A stretch of DNA of 64,000 bases from Micrococcales bacterium 72-143. GTDB lineage: Bacteria; Actinomycetota; Actinomycetes; Actinomycetales; Microbacteriaceae. This document shows, one piece after another, positions 16,129-31,756 of the stretch (its first letter is position 1; the number at the start of each line of letters is the position of its first letter). The notes under the pieces were generated by a model. It did not search any database, was not told the DNA's origin, and was given only the letters and a program-made list of their open reading frames with translations. A program made the position numbers and the translations under genes. The stretch is taken from positions 625,615 to 689,614 of the forward strand of contig MKVM01000001.1 in the NCBI GenBank assembly GCA_001898835.1. The letters run 5' to 3'.

Positions 16129-16872
16129 CTACACGACGAGGTCGAGCTCGCCCGGGGCACCCGGCTCGAGGCGCACGCCGGCGGCAGCGGCCCAGCCGAG
16201 CAGCGAGTCGACATCCGGGTGGTCGATCCCTGCGAGCAGCAGCGCGCGCGTGAGGCGGCCCTTGCCCGCCTTGTTGAAGTGGTTGAGCGCACGACGACGC
16301 CCGCCCTCCTCGGTCACGACGCGCAGGAACACCGAGTTCGCGCGCGCCGGTGCGGGCCCGAGCGCCGCATAGGCCTCCGACCGCAGGTCGAGCACGAGTC
16401 CGGGGGCGGCGTCGACGACGGCCGAGATCGCCGCCGCCCACTGCCTCCTGAGCTGAAGTCCGGGCAGCCGGGAATCCGCGGACAGACGATAGGCGGGGAT
16501 CGGGTCCAGGGCGCGCGTCAGCCCGAACAGGGCGGACGCGATGGCGAGATGCTCCTGGGCGAACCGGCGGGCGGCCTCCGGGAGGGTCTCCGCGTCGAGG
16601 GCGTCGTAGAGCACGCCGTCGTAGCGGTCGAGCGACGGGAGCACGGGCGAGCGACGGATGCGGCGGTTGCGTTCCGCCTCATGCGCCTGCGTCGGACCCA
16701 GCTTGAGCGCCACCGCGGACGCCGCGGGGTCGCGCGCGAGCTCCTCCAGGGCGGCGAGCACCCTCCGGCGGGGAGCGGCGAGGGTCGGGAACCCGAGCTC
16801 GCCCACGGCGAGACGCGTCCCCTCGGCACCCCCCTCGCGCTTGGTCTCAGAGGGCGGAAGGAGGATCAGCAC
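16129..16872 (-). CDS. yaaA: Peroxide stress protein YaaA (DUF328)
   Basis: MLILLPPSETK N-terminus and overall YaaA-like sequence. 247 aa. Confidence 0.85.
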   Translation of the reverse strand: MLILLPPSETKREGGAEGTRLAVGELGFPTLAAPRRRVLAALEELARDPAASAVALKLGPTQAHEAERNRRIRRSPVLPSLDRYDGVLYDALDAETLPEAARRFAQEHLAIASALFGLTRALDPIPAYRLSADSRLPGLQLRRQWAAAISAVVDAAPGLVLDLRSEAYAALGPAPARANSVFLRVVTEEGGRRRALNHFNKAGKGRLTRALLLAGIDHPDVDSLLGWAAAAGVRLEPGAPGELDLVV

Positions 16873-16873
16873 C

Positions 16874-17395
16874 TCAGCGCTGCAGGAACGCGAGCGCGCG
16901 TTCCACGTTGACGCCGAGCGGCTCGACGGAGTCCAGCGTGATACGGGCGATCGCGCCGCTCGCGCCCGACCACTCCTCCCACTCGTCGAGGCTCTGCTCC
17001 ACCGCGAAGGCGCCCGGAAGCGCGGTCTCGGCGAGACGCGCGGCGCGCGCGGTGAGACGTTCCCCGTGCAGCTCCCGGTCGGAGCACACCACCTCGATGA
17101 AGCGGATGTCCGACTTCTGCCGGTCCGCGAGCTTCACCCACTGCTCGCGCGCGGGGCTCACCGCGTTCACGGCGTCGACGATGATGCTGCCGTCGCCGGC
17201 CAGCACGGCATCCGCGAACGCCTCGGCGACGAGGTAGGCCGCCAGCCCGGTGGGCTGGTCGGCGTCGATGCCCGCGGAGAGGATCGCGGCCTCGATCGGG
17301 TCCACCGACACGACGGGCACGCCCATCCGATTGCCGACGACCTCCGCGATCGTCGACTTGCCGGCCGCCGGGAGTCCCGCCATCACAATGAGCAC
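16874..17395 (-). CDS. P-loop ATPase/kinase (AAA_33-like)
   Basis: Walker A motif MAGLPAAGKST at the N-terminus. 173 aa. Confidence 0.75.
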   Translation of the reverse strand: MLIVMAGLPAAGKSTIAEVVGNRMGVPVVSVDPIEAAILSAGIDADQPTGLAAYLVAEAFADAVLAGDGSIIVDAVNAVSPAREQWVKLADRQKSDIRFIEVVCSDRELHGERLTARAARLAETALPGAFAVEQSLDEWEEWSGASGAIARITLDSVEPLGVNVERALAFLQR

Positions 17396-17448
17396 GGCTC
17401 TACTCTACGTATCCCACGCGCCCACGCATCCCCCGCACGGGGGAAAGC

Positions 17449-17706
17449 TCAGACGAGTTCCGCGGTGCCCGCGACGATCGTGACGGTGTCGCCCTGCACC
17501 GAGAGGAATCCGTCCTCGACGCGAGCGGTCACCACCGTGCCGTCGGCCACGGTCACCCGCGACTCCCCCGGCGCGAGGATCGCGAGCACCGGCTCGTGAC
17601 CGGACAGGATGCCGATCTCACCCTCGGTGGTGCGGGCGATGACCTGCGTGGCCTCGCCCGACCACAGCTCGCGCTCCGCCGAGACGACGGCGACGTTGAG
17701 CGCCAT
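17449..17706 (-). CDS. atpC: F0F1 ATP synthase subunit epsilon
   Basis: MALNVAVVSAERELWSGEA... Last gene of the atp operon. Start taken at the internal ATG just after the atpD stop. Confidence 0.9.
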   Translation of the reverse strand: MALNVAVVSAERELWSGEATQVIARTTEGEIGILSGHEPVLAILAPGESRVTVADGTVVTARVEDGFLSVQGDTVTIVAGTAELV

Positions 17707-17708
17707 GA

Positions 17709-20094
<2,386 letters not shown>

Positions 20095-20147
20095 GTCCTA
20101 TCTCTTCCTGTCGTGAGTCTCGTCGAGGACGCTGCCGCCTGGGCGGA

Positions 20148-21785
<1,638 letters not shown>

Positions 21786-21820
21786 GTCTCTTCCTTGGAG
21801 TGGTGCGTCGGGGCGCCGGG

Positions 21821-22612
21821 TCAGCCGGCGAGTCGAATGCGGAGGTCGGCGAGGCGGGCGGCGACGGTCCCGTCGATGACGTCGTCGCCGATCTGCACGC
21901 GCAGGCCGCCCACGATGGTGGGGTCGGTGATGAGGTTGATGCGGAGCGCCTGGCCGTAGCGCGCCCCGAGCGTCTTCTCGAGCGTCGCGAGCTGGGCGGC
22001 ATCGAGCGGCACGGCGGAGGTGACGGTCGCGATGCGCGCGCCCGCGGCGTCCGCCACGATGTCCGCGGCGGTCGAGAGCAGCTCACCGATGCGACGCCCG
22101 CGCGGGCTCTGAACGAGGTGGCGCACGATCACGACGGTCGAGGGCTGGGCCGTGCCGGCGAGCAGCGCATCGACGAGCGCCGCCTTCGCGGGCGCCTCGC
22201 CGAGCTTGCTGCCGACCGCGAGCTCGAGCTCGTGGTCGCTCGCGACCGCGCGGCCGAAGGCGAAGAGCTCGCCCTCGAGTCCGGCACCGGGGCCGGCGGC
22301 CAGCGCGATCGCACGGATGCCGAGCTCCTCGACACCGTCGACGAGCTCCTCCGGCGTCGACCAGCGCGACGAGACCGCACCGGTCAGCGCCCGGGCGGCC
22401 GCGCCGTCGAGCGTGCCGAAGATCGCGGTGAGCAGTTCGCTCTTGCGCGCGCCCTCGACCGCGGGGTCGGCGAGCACCGAGCGCAGCTGCGTCGAGGACT
22501 CGATCGCCCGGCTCGCGGCGAGCAGCTGCTCACCGGTGGCGAGGCTCACGCCCGACGCCGCCGCGAGCTGCTGCGTCGCGGCCTGGAGCGCGACGCGTGA
22601 CGCCGATCCCAT
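21821..22612 (-). CDS. atpH: F0F1 ATP synthase subunit delta
   Basis: Lies between atpF and atpA, with a delta/OSCP-like C-terminus ([17 protein letters not shown]). Confidence 0.9.
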   Translation of the reverse strand: MGSASRVALQAATQQLAAASGVSLATGEQLLAASRAIESSTQLRSVLADPAVEGARKSELLTAIFGTLDGAAARALTGAVSSRWSTPEELVDGVEELGIRAIALAAGPGAGLEGELFAFGRAVASDHELELAVGSKLGEAPAKAALVDALLAGTAQPSTVVIVRHLVQSPRGRRIGELLSTAADIVADAAGARIATVTSAVPLDAAQLATLEKTLGARYGQALRINLITDPTIVGGLRVQIGDDVIDGTVAARLADLRIRLAG

Positions 22613-23167
22613 CTACTTGCCCGCCTTCGCCTTCTCGTCCGCCTCGAGGTCCGCGAGGAAGCGGTCCACGACTGCGGCGGCCTTCTTGTCGTCCGAGAGG
22701 GTCTCGCCGATCACGCCGGAGGCGAGATCGAGCGCGAGGCTGCCGACCTCGGCGCGCAGCGACACCATCGCGGCCGAGCGCTCGGCCTCGATCTGCGTCT
22801 GGGCGTTCGCCACGATGCGAGCCGCCTCGGCCTGGGCCTGCTCCTTGAGTTCGGCGAGGATCGCCTGGCCGTCGGTGCGGGCCTGCTCGCGGATGCGCGA
22901 CGCCTCGGCGCGTGCCTCCGCCAGCTGGGCGGTGTACTCGTCGCGGGCGGCGGCCGCTGCGGCCTGCGCCTCCTCGGCCTTCTTCAGGCCGCCCTCGATC
23001 GCCTCGGCGCGCGCGTCGAGCGCCTTGTTGAGACGAGGCAGCACCCAGATCGCGACGACGATGAGCAGCGCGACGAAGATGACCGACGACCACAGCAGGT
23101 CGTAGTCCTCCGGAAGCAGAGGGTTGACGTCCTTGGTGGGGGCGCCGGCGAGGAATGCGGTCAGCAT
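22613..23167 (-). CDS. atpF: F0F1 ATP synthase subunit b
   Basis: A single N-terminal TM helix followed by a long Ala/Glu-rich helix. Operon position supports the call. Confidence 0.9.
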   Translation of the reverse strand: MLTAFLAGAPTKDVNPLLPEDYDLLWSSVIFVALLIVVAIWVLPRLNKALDARAEAIEGGLKKAEEAQAAAAAARDEYTAQLAEARAEASRIREQARTDGQAILAELKEQAQAEAARIVANAQTQIEAERSAAMVSLRAEVGSLALDLASGVIGETLSDDKKAAAVVDRFLADLEADEKAKAGK

Positions 23168-23198
23168 CCCGACCTCCTTCGGTGGATGGGGATGCGGA

Positions 23199-24288
<1,090 letters not shown>

Positions 24289-24393
24289 GGCGGAAGCTAG
24301 CAGCGCTCACTCCAGACTCGGGGCGTGCGCACACGCGGCGATCGAATGGGGTTGTCTCAGCCTATCAGGGCGGAGGGCGTGGTCAGGACGGCC

Positions 24394-24843
24394 TTACCTG
24401 CCCTTTTCCTCGTCGCCCGGGAGTTCGACGTCGACGTACGGCGCGCGCGAGCGCACGAAGGAGAGCACGTCGACGACGAGCGAGCCCACGACGGCCGCGA
24501 TCACGGTGAGGAAGAACACCCACGGGTCGAGCCAGCTCTGGCCGCGGAGCCAGAACATGAACACGAAGAACACGATGAGCTTCACGAGCCACGCGCCCAG
24601 CACGACCCCGTAGAACAGCGGGCTGCCCGGATCGTCGACGGTGAGACGCTGCCCCAGCAGGATGCTGCCCGCGGTCAGCGCGAGGAAGGCGAAGGCGAGC
24701 AGGGCGCCCAGCAGTCCGCCCCACAGGCCCGGGAGCCCCGCGACGAGCACTCCGACGCCGCCCGCGATCACCGCGAGGGCGGTCGCGAAGAGCGCGCCCC
24801 AGCGCAGGGCGGTCGTCAGGATGGGGTTCGGGGTCGCGCTCAC
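24394..24843 (-). CDS. Small membrane protein in the AtpI position upstream of atpB
   Basis: C-terminal part of track ORF 24394..25779. GTG 24843 overlaps the wecA stop (GTGA). VSATPNPILTTALRWGALFATALAVIAGG..., four hydrophobic helices, 149 aa. Confidence 0.7.
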   Translation of the reverse strand: MSATPNPILTTALRWGALFATALAVIAGGVGVLVAGLPGLWGGLLGALLAFAFLALTAGSILLGQRLTVDDPGSPLFYGVVLGAWLVKLIVFFVFMFWLRGQSWLDPWVFFLTVIAAVVGSLVVDVLSFVRSRAPYVDVELPGDEEKGR

Positions 24844-26141
24844 GCGGTGCCCTCCTTCTCGTGCTCGTGCAGCCTCTCCAGCGCCTCGCGGGCGTTGCTG
24901 TCGCTCGGCTCGCCGACCTCGTCCGCGGCCGCGTCGAGCGGATCGAATCGGGCCAGCTCGCTGCCCGGTAGGACGCCCGCCGTGCTCTGCACCGCGGCCT
25001 CCACGGCCTTGCGCCTGCTGAACGGGGCGAGGGTGATGATCGTGCAGGCGACGAGACCCAGCAGGGTCGCGAGCGCAGCCCACCACGTGTCGATGAAGAG
25101 GAACAGCAGCATCCCGATCGAGGCGGCAGCCGTCCAGCCGTACAGGATGAGCACGGCGTGCAGGTGCGAGTGACCCATGTCGAGCAAGCGATGGTGCAGG
25201 TGCTTGCGGTCGGCAGAGAAGGGCGACTTGCCGGCGCGGAGCCGCCGGATGACGGCGAGGCCGAAGTCGAGCAACGGGATGACCAGGATCGCGAACGGCA
25301 GCAGCAAGGGGATGAGCGCCGGCAGGTACTGCCGGGCGCTGCCGACGCTGTCCTCGAGGGCGACCGGGTTGATCTGGCTGGTCACCGAGATCGTCGAGGC
25401 GGCCATCATGAGGCCGACAAGCAGCGCGCCCGCATCCCCCATGAAGAGGCGCGCGGGGTGCCAGTTGAGCGGTAGGAAGCCGACGCACACGCCGATCAGC
25501 ACCGCGGAGATGAGTTGGGCGAGGTTGAAGTAGTCGCTCTGGCCGGTCGGTCCCGAGGAGATGAAGAAAACGTACACCGAGAACACGCCGTTGGCGATGA
25601 TCGCGACGCCCGCGACCAGACCGTCGAGACCGTCGATGAAGTTGATGGCGTTCATCACGAGCACGATCAGGAGCACGGTGATGATGAGCGACTGCCACGA
25701 CGCAGGGGTCACGAGGGTTCCGTTGCCGGGATTGCCGAGCTGCGGGATCGGGAACGACAGGAACTGGATGCCCGACCACGCCAGGAGAGCGGCCGCGAGC
25801 AGCTGACCCGCGAGCTTGGTGAGCCAGTCGAGATCCCAGATGTCGTCCGCGACGCCGATGAGGACGATCATGAGCGCCGACCCCAGCAGGCCCCAGATGT
25901 GCACGGGTTGCGAGTAGACGAGCGCCAGCTGCGGGATGAACGCTCCGACGGCGAACGCCGCCACGATGCCGAGGAACATCGCGATGCCGCCGAGGCGCGG
26001 CGTCGGTCGCGTGTGCACGTCGCGCTCACGGATCTTCGGGTAGAGCCGGAAGCGATGCGAGAGCTTCCAGATCACCATCGAGAGGGCGAACGACACGATC
26101 GCAGCGACGCCCGCGGTCGCGAGATAGGCGATCACGCGCAT
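24840..26141 (-). CDS. wecA: MraY-like glycosyltransferase family 4 (undecaprenyl-phosphate GlcNAc-1-phosphate transferase)
   Basis: Polytopic membrane protein with NAINFIDGLDGL and FMGDAGALL motifs. Sits at the conserved actinobacterial position upstream of the atp operon. Confidence 0.88.
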   Translation of the reverse strand: MRVIAYLATAGVAAIVSFALSMVIWKLSHRFRLYPKIRERDVHTRPTPRLGGIAMFLGIVAAFAVGAFIPQLALVYSQPVHIWGLLGSALMIVLIGVADDIWDLDWLTKLAGQLLAAALLAWSGIQFLSFPIPQLGNPGNGTLVTPASWQSLIITVLLIVLVMNAINFIDGLDGLVAGVAIIANGVFSVYVFFISSGPTGQSDYFNLAQLISAVLIGVCVGFLPLNWHPARLFMGDAGALLVGLMMAASTISVTSQINPVALEDSVGSARQYLPALIPLLLPFAILVIPLLDFGLAVIRRLRAGKSPFSADRKHLHHRLLDMGHSHLHAVLILYGWTAAASIGMLLFLFIDTWWAALATLLGLVACTIITLAPFSRRKAVEAAVQSTAGVLPGSELARFDPLDAAADEVGEPSDSNAREALERLHEHEKEGTA

Positions 26142-26809
26142 CGGTCCTCCCCGACGACGCGGACGATCTCCGCGTCGGGGATCACGCCGTGCCGGACGAT
26201 GCGGAGTCGCCCGTCCGGATGCTCGAGGTTGGTCGCGTCGACGATCGTGGACCCCGCATGCGCCTCAGCGCCGGGGTAGCGCTCCCCCGCGCGTCCGGCC
26301 TCGAGGTAGACGGAGACGCCGTCGCCCAGCATGGCCTCCGCGTCGGCGGCGGTGAGCGCCGCGGGCTGCCCCGTGAGGTTCGCGCTCGAGACGGCGAGCG
26401 GGCCCGTCTCGGCGAGCAGCTCGAGGGCGACCGGATCGGACGGCATCCGCAGCGCGACCGTTCCCCGCGTCTCCCCCAGGTCCCAGTCGAGCATCGCGCG
26501 CGCACGGAGGATGACGGTGAGCCCGCCGGGCCAGAACTCGGCGACGAGGGCGCGCACCTCATCCGGGATGGGGTCGGCGAGCGCGTCGAGCGTCGTGGCG
26601 CTCGGGACGAGCACGGGGGGCGGGGCGGTGCGGTCGCGGCCCTTCGCGTCGAGCAGCCGTTGCACGGCGGCGGGCGAGAACGCGTCGGCGGCGACGCCGT
26701 AGACCGTGTCGGTGGGGATGACGACGAGCTCGCCCCGCGCGATCGCGGCGCGGGCGAGGCGCATCCCCGTCATCAGCTGCTCGGGGACGCCCGTGTCGTA
26801 GATCGCCAT
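26132..26809 (-). CDS. tsaC: L-threonylcarbamoyladenylate synthase (Sua5/YciO/YrdC family)
   Basis: IPTDTVYGVAADAF motif. 225 aa. Conserved position next to prmC. Confidence 0.88.
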   Translation of the reverse strand: MAIYDTGVPEQLMTGMRLARAAIARGELVVIPTDTVYGVAADAFSPAAVQRLLDAKGRDRTAPPPVLVPSATTLDALADPIPDEVRALVAEFWPGGLTVILRARAMLDWDLGETRGTVALRMPSDPVALELLAETGPLAVSSANLTGQPAALTAADAEAMLGDGVSVYLEAGRAGERYPGAEAHAGSTIVDATNLEHPDGRLRIVRHGVIPDAEIVRVVGEDRCA

Positions 26810-26896
26810 GGCCCCTCCATCCTAGGAGCGCACGGCCGGGAGCCCGCTCCACGCGCCGCCCAGCGCCCGTCCCCGCCCGTCGGCCAGGATGAGGGG

Positions 26897-27514
26897 ATGG
26901 CCCTGCTCTTCCTCTTCGACATGGACGACGTCCTCTACGACTACGACTGGCGCGCCCGGCAGGCGGAGCTCTCCGCCTTGACGGGGATCGCCTTCGAGGA
27001 GCTCGAGCGCCGCTGGTGGCACGACGGCGGCGAGTGGGCCGCGGAGGCGGGCGTCTTCCCCGACTCGGAGGCCTACCGCTCGGCCGTGAGCGTGGCGCTC
27101 GACTTCGAGGTGACCGTCGAGACGTGGGTGGCCACGCGGCGCGCGGCGATGAGGGCGCGACCGGATGCGATCGCGGCGGTCGCACGGGCCGCCGAGCTCG
27201 GCCGGGTGAGCCTGCTCACCAACAACGGCCCCCTCGTCGAGGAGCACCTCCCCGTCATCGCGTCCGAGATCGCCCCGCTGTTCGGGGAGCACCTGCGCAC
27301 CACGAGCCGCTACGGCGCACGGAAGCCCGATCCCGCGGTGTTCGAGCGGGTGCTCGCCCACTACGAGACGGATGCCGCCGACGCGTTCTTCGTCGACGAC
27401 CTGCCCGAGAACGTGGCCGGCGCGGCCTCGCTCGGCATCACGACGTATCGCTACGGCACGGCCGAGGGCCTGCTCGCCGCGATCGAGGCCTTCGCTGAGG
27501 GACGCGTCGCCTGA
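26897..27514 (+). CDS. HAD-family hydrolase
   Basis: Internal ATG of track ORF 26189..27514. DxD motif FLFDMDDVLYD, and the late motif FVDDLPENV. Confidence 0.8.
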   Translation: MALLFLFDMDDVLYDYDWRARQAELSALTGIAFEELERRWWHDGGEWAAEAGVFPDSEAYRSAVSVALDFEVTVETWVATRRAAMRARPDAIAAVARAAELGRVSLLTNNGPLVEEHLPVIASEIAPLFGEHLRTTSRYGARKPDPAVFERVLAHYETDAADAFFVDDLPENVAGAASLGITTYRYGTAEGLLAAIEAFAEGRVA

Positions 27515-27601
27515 CGACGCGAGGGTGCACGCACGCGGATGCGGGCGCGACCGCGCTCGTGCTGCGCCCGGTGCCGCACCGCGGATCACCGCGGCGCGAG
27601 A

Positions 27602-28480
27602 TCAACGCAGGGCGGTGGTCGCCCGGTCGCGGCCGAGCAGGTCGCGGTGAGTCGCGGTCGCCCGCCAGCCGTCGGCGACCAGCAGCGCGCGCAGCTCCGC
27701 GCCCTGCAGCTCCCCGTGCTCGATGACGAGCGCTCCCCCGGGCCGCAGCAGTGCGAGGGCGCGACGCGAGAGGGCACGGACGACGTCGAGGCCGTCGGGA
27801 CCGCCGTAGAGCGCGGCAGCGGGGTCGTGCAGTCGCACCTCCGGATCGCGCGGGATGGCGTCGTCGGGGATGTAGGGCGGGTTCGACACGACGACGTCGA
27901 CGGTGCCGTCGAGCTCGGGCACGGCATCCCCGAGGTCGGCGAACACGAGGCGCAGGTTGTCGGCGCCGACCCGGCGCGCGTTCTCCTTGGCCCAGATGAA
28001 GGCACGCGGCGAGTTCTCGACGGCCGTGACCCGGGCGTGCGGGACCTCGGTCGCGAGGGCGAGGGCGATGGCGCCCGAGCCGGTGCCGAGGTCGATCGCG
28101 AGCGGCTGGGGCGAGGCGACGGCCTGCAGCGCGTCGATGGCGAGCTGGGCGACGAACTCCGTCTCGGGGCGGGGCACGAACACGCCGGGTCCGACGGAGA
28201 GCTCGAGGGAGCGGAACGCGGCGACGCCGGTGATGTGCTGCAGGGGCTCACGCGCGGCGCGTCTCTCGATCGCCTCGAGGTAGGCGAGGCGCTCGTCGGA
28301 TCCCGCGCCCGCGCCCGTCACGGCCTTCGCCTGCACCTGCCCGCGGCTGAGACCGAGCACGTGGGCGAGCAGCAGCTCGGCGTCGGCCTCGGGCGTCGGC
28401 ACGTGCGCGAGCTCGAGCACGCCGATGCCGTGGGCGCGCAGTTCGGCGACCGTCTTGGGCATGCTCGGCTGTCGGGTCAT
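27602..28480 (-). CDS. prmC: Peptide chain release factor N5-glutamine methyltransferase
   Basis: NPPY motif (VVSNPPYIP), SAM-binding DLGTGSGAI, and adjacency to prfA. Confidence 0.93.
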   Translation of the reverse strand: MTRQPSMPKTVAELRAHGIGVLELAHVPTPEADAELLLAHVLGLSRGQVQAKAVTGAGAGSDERLAYLEAIERRAAREPLQHITGVAAFRSLELSVGPGVFVPRPETEFVAQLAIDALQAVASPQPLAIDLGTGSGAIALALATEVPHARVTAVENSPRAFIWAKENARRVGADNLRLVFADLGDAVPELDGTVDVVVSNPPYIPDDAIPRDPEVRLHDPAAALYGGPDGLDVVRALSRRALALLRPGGALVIEHGELQGAELRALLVADGWRATATHRDLLGRDRATTALR

Positions 28481-28514
28481 CTGTCGGGGTTTCGATACGT
28501 CGCTTCGCGGCTGC

Positions 28515-29606
28515 TCAGCCGGCTGCGCGCTCGTCGCCGCCGAGGGCGGCGAGCCGCGCCTCCTCGTCCAGCTGGATGCAGGAGTCGATGACCGGCTGCA
28601 GCGCGCCGTTCATCACCTGGTCGAGGTTGTAGGCCTTGTAGCCGGTGCGGTGGTCGGCGATGCGGTTCTCGGGGAAGTTGTAGGTGCGGATGCGCTCCGA
28701 GCGGTCCATGGAGCGGATCTGGCTGCGCCGCGCATCCGATGCCGCCGCATCCAGCTCCTCCTGCTGCCGCGCGAGGAGACGCGCACGCAGCACGCGCATG
28801 CCGGCCTCGCGGTTCTGCAGCTGCGACTTCTCGTTCTGCATCGACACGACGATCCCGGTCGGGAGGTGGGTGATCCGCACGGCCGAGTCGGTCGTGTTGA
28901 CCGACTGGCCGCCCGGGCCCGAGGAGCGGAAGACGTCGATCTTCAGCTCGTTCGGGTCGATGTGGATCTCCTCCGGCTCGTCCACCTCGGGGAAGACCAG
29001 CACGCCCGTCGTGGAGGTGTGGATGCGCCCCTGCGACTCGGTCGCCGGCACGCGCTGCACGCGGTGCACGCCGCCCTCGTACTTGAGGCTCGCCCACACG
29101 CCGTCGGCCGGGTCGGTCGAGGTCGACTTGATCGCGACCTGGACGTCCTTGTAGCCGCCGAGGTCGGACTCGGTGCGCTCGAGCAGCTCCGTCTTCCAGC
29201 CCCGGGACTCCGCGTAGTGGAGGTACATCCGCAGGAGGTCGGCCGCGAAGAGCGCCGACTCCTCGCCGCCCTCGCCGCCCTTGATCTCCATGATGACGTC
29301 GCGTCCGTCGTCGGGGTCGCGCGGGATGAGCAGGCGCCGCAGCTTCTCCTGGGCGAGCTGGAGGCCCTCCTCGAGCGCGGGCACCTCCTCCGCGAACGCC
29401 TCGTCCTCGCGGGCGAGCTCGCGCGCCGCCTCGAGGTCGGACTGCGCCTGCTGCCACGCCTCGTGAGCGTGGGCGATCTGGCTCAGCTCGGCGTAGCGCC
29501 GGTTGACCTTCTTGGCGCGCGCCGCATCCGCGTGGATCGCCGGATCGGCGAGCTGCTGCTGGAGCTGCTCGTGCTCGGCCAGCAGCGACTGGACCGACTC
29601 GAACAC
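28515..29606 (-). CDS. prfA: Peptide chain release factor 1
   Basis: GGQ motif ([23 protein letters not shown]) and the PAT-class RF1 sequence. Confidence 0.97.
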   Translation of the reverse strand: MFESVQSLLAEHEQLQQQLADPAIHADAARAKKVNRRYAELSQIAHAHEAWQQAQSDLEAARELAREDEAFAEEVPALEEGLQLAQEKLRRLLIPRDPDDGRDVIMEIKGGEGGEESALFAADLLRMYLHYAESRGWKTELLERTESDLGGYKDVQVAIKSTSTDPADGVWASLKYEGGVHRVQRVPATESQGRIHTSTTGVLVFPEVDEPEEIHIDPNELKIDVFRSSGPGGQSVNTTDSAVRITHLPTGIVVSMQNEKSQLQNREAGMRVLRARLLARQQEELDAAASDARRSQIRSMDRSERIRTYNFPENRIADHRTGYKAYNLDQVMNGALQPVIDSCIQLDEEARLAALGGDERAAG

Positions 29607-29609
29607 GGC

Positions 29610-31625
29610 TCAGGCCTTGTGCGCGTTGCCGTTGCCGTTGCCCGCGCCGTTGCCGTTCGGCAGCGACTGCTGGATCTGCACGAGGAACTCGACGTTGGAG
29701 CCGGTCTCCTTGAGCTTCGACAGCACGACCTCGAGCTGCTGCTGCAGCTCGAGCCCCGCGAGCGCCCGGCGCAGGCGCCAGGTGATCTTGACCTCGTCGG
29801 CCGAGAGCAGCTCCTCCTCGCGGCGGGTGCTCGAGGCGTAGATGTCGACGGCCGGGAAGATGCGCTTGTCAGCGAGGGCGCGAGAGAGCCGGAGCTCCAT
29901 GTTGCCGGTGCCCTTGAACTCCTCGAAGATGACCTCGTCCATCTTGGAGCCGGTCTCGACGAGCGCCGTGGCCAGGATGGTCAGCGAGCCGCCGCCCTCG
30001 ATGTTGCGCGCCGCGCCGAAGAAGCGCTTCGGCGGGTAGAGGGCGGATGCGTCGACGCCGCCCGAGAGGATGCGCCCGGACGCCGGCGAGGCCAGGTTGT
30101 AGGCGCGGCCGAGGCGGGTGATCGAGTCGAGCAGCACGACGACGTCGTTGCCGAGCTCGACGAGGCGCTTGGCGCGCTCGATGGCGAGCTCTGCGACCGT
30201 CGTGTGGTCCTCGGCGGGACGGTCGAAGGTCGAGGCGATGACCTCGCCCTTGACCGAGCGCTGCATGTCGGTGACCTCTTCGGGGCGCTCGTCCACGAGC
30301 ACCACCATGATGTGCACCTCGGGGTTGTTGACCGCGATGGCCTTGGCGATGGCCTGCAGGATGAGCGTCTTGCCGGCCTTGGGCGGCGCGACGATGAGGC
30401 CGCGCTGGCCCTTGCCGATGGGCGCGATGAGGTCGATGATGCGCGTCGAGAGCTTCTCGGGCGTGGTCTCGAGGCGCAGCCGCTCGTTGGGGTAGATCGG
30501 CGTCAGCTTGCCGAAGTCGACGCGGTCCGCCGCCTCGTCGACGGTCTGGCCGTTGACGGAGTCGACCTTGACGATCGCGTTGTACTTCTGGCGACCGCTC
30601 TGCGCGTCGCCGTCGCGCGGCTGGCGGATGGCGCCGACGACCGCGTCGCCCTTGCGCAGGTTGTACTTCTTCACCTGACCGAGCGAGACGTAGACGTCGC
30701 TCGGTCCCGGAAGGTAGCCGGTCGTGCGCACGAATGCGTAGTTGTCGAGCACGTCGAGGATGCCCGCGATGGGGATGAGGACGTCGTCGTCCGAGATCTC
30801 GGGCTCGAGCTCGTCGACGCTGCCGCCTCCGCGACGGTTGCGGTTGCGGTCGCGTCCGCGACCCCGGCGGCCCTCGCCGTCCTGCGCGGCGGGTCCGTTC
30901 TGGCCGTTCTGGCCGCTCTGCTGCTGGCCGTTCTGGCCGTTCTGGCCGCTCTGCTGCTGGCCGTTCTGGCCGCCCTCGGACTCCGCGGCCTCCTGGCCGT
31001 TCTGTCCGTTCTGCTGCTGGCCGCCCTGGCCTCCGCGCCCGCCACGACGGTTGCGGCTGCGACGACCGGCGGGCTGACCGTCGCCGTCGCCCTCGGTCTC
31101 GGCCTGCTCGGCGGCGGGCACGAGCTTGTCGAGCTCGAGGCCCAGCTCGGCCTGCGCCGCGTGCTGGGCGGCGCTGCGGCGCTGCTGCTGGGGCGGCTCG
31201 GGCGCCTCGATCGCCGGAAGCGCGGCGGCGATCGCCGCCGCGTCGGCGGCCGGCACGCTCGCCCGGCGCGAGCCGCGGCGGGGCGTGCTCGCGACGGCGG
31301 GCTGCGGGGCGTCCTCGGAGGCCGGAGCGGCCTCCTCGACGGCGGGCTCCGCGGCGGCGGGCTCATCGACGGGCGCTGCCTCCTCGGCGGGAGCCTCGAC
31401 GGCCTCCTCGCCCGGTGCCTCGGCCTGCTCGGCGGGCTGCTCCGTCACGGGCTCGCCGGCGTCGCCGGGAAGTTCGGAGAGAGTGTCCACGAGGTCTCCT
31501 TTTCGCATCTGGGACACGCCGCTGATGCCGCGGGCGGCGGCCAGAGCCTGGAGCTCGGGCAGACGCAGACGGCTGAGGGCGGCGCGATCCCCCGCGGCGT
31601 CCGCGGGGATGGTGGTGTCGGTCAC
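29610..31625 (-). CDS. rho: Transcription termination factor Rho with a long low-complexity N-terminal insertion
   Basis: C-terminal ATPase core ([17 protein letters not shown]) and CSD-like [16 protein letters not shown]. Start taken at GTG 31625 ([12 protein letters not shown]..., aaagga 7-12 nt upstream). An in-frame ATG at 31700 is an alternative. The track ORF 29610..32999 reads on into thrB. Confidence 0.93.
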   Translation of the reverse strand: MTDTTIPADAAGDRAALSRLRLPELQALAAARGISGVSQMRKGDLVDTLSELPGDAGEPVTEQPAEQAEAPGEEAVEAPAEEAAPVDEPAAAEPAVEEAAPASEDAPQPAVASTPRRGSRRASVPAADAAAIAAALPAIEAPEPPQQQRRSAAQHAAQAELGLELDKLVPAAEQAETEGDGDGQPAGRRSRNRRGGRGGQGGQQQNGQNGQEAAESEGGQNGQQQSGQNGQNGQQQSGQNGQNGPAAQDGEGRRGRGRDRNRNRRGGGSVDELEPEISDDDVLIPIAGILDVLDNYAFVRTTGYLPGPSDVYVSLGQVKKYNLRKGDAVVGAIRQPRDGDAQSGRQKYNAIVKVDSVNGQTVDEAADRVDFGKLTPIYPNERLRLETTPEKLSTRIIDLIAPIGKGQRGLIVAPPKAGKTLILQAIAKAIAVNNPEVHIMVVLVDERPEEVTDMQRSVKGEVIASTFDRPAEDHTTVAELAIERAKRLVELGNDVVVLLDSITRLGRAYNLASPASGRILSGGVDASALYPPKRFFGAARNIEGGGSLTILATALVETGSKMDEVIFEEFKGTGNMELRLSRALADKRIFPAVDIYASSTRREEELLSADEVKITWRLRRALAGLELQQQLEVVLSKLKETGSNVEFLVQIQQSLPNGNGAGNGNGNAHKA
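30897..30971 (-). repeat. Perfect 33-nt tandem repeat (2.3 copies) inside the rho insertion domain
   Basis: gttctggccgttctggccgctctgctgctggcc occurs at 30897..30929 and 30930..30962, plus gttctggcc at 30963..30971. It encodes [11 protein letters not shown] twice. Confidence 0.95.
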
Positions 31626-31756
31626 GACTGGTTCGTCCTTTCGACCCGGGCACAGAACTTCCCGGGATGGCGGCACCGCCCGCTGCGGTTCGGGTTGCAT
31701 GAGGATGCGGGAAACCGCGATCGGCGAGTGCCGGTGAGATGCACCCTCGCGCCGGT

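Noticed and set aside
16874-17395. P-loop kinase as a zeta-like toxin of a toxin-antitoxin pair
   Set aside because: No small partner gene is adjacent. It abuts yaaA with a 1-nt gap, and no antitoxin-like ORF lies upstream.
17429-17446. Short CCCCC-GCAC-GGGGG hairpin after atpC as the atp operon terminator
   Set aside because: The stem is only 5-7 bp and there is no U-tract. It is plausible but too weak to call from sequence alone.
29607-29609. Expected rpmE (L31) between rho and prfA, as in other actinobacteria
   Set aside because: Only 3 nt separate the prfA start from the rho stop, so the gene is not here. This is noted as a synteny difference, not as a feature.
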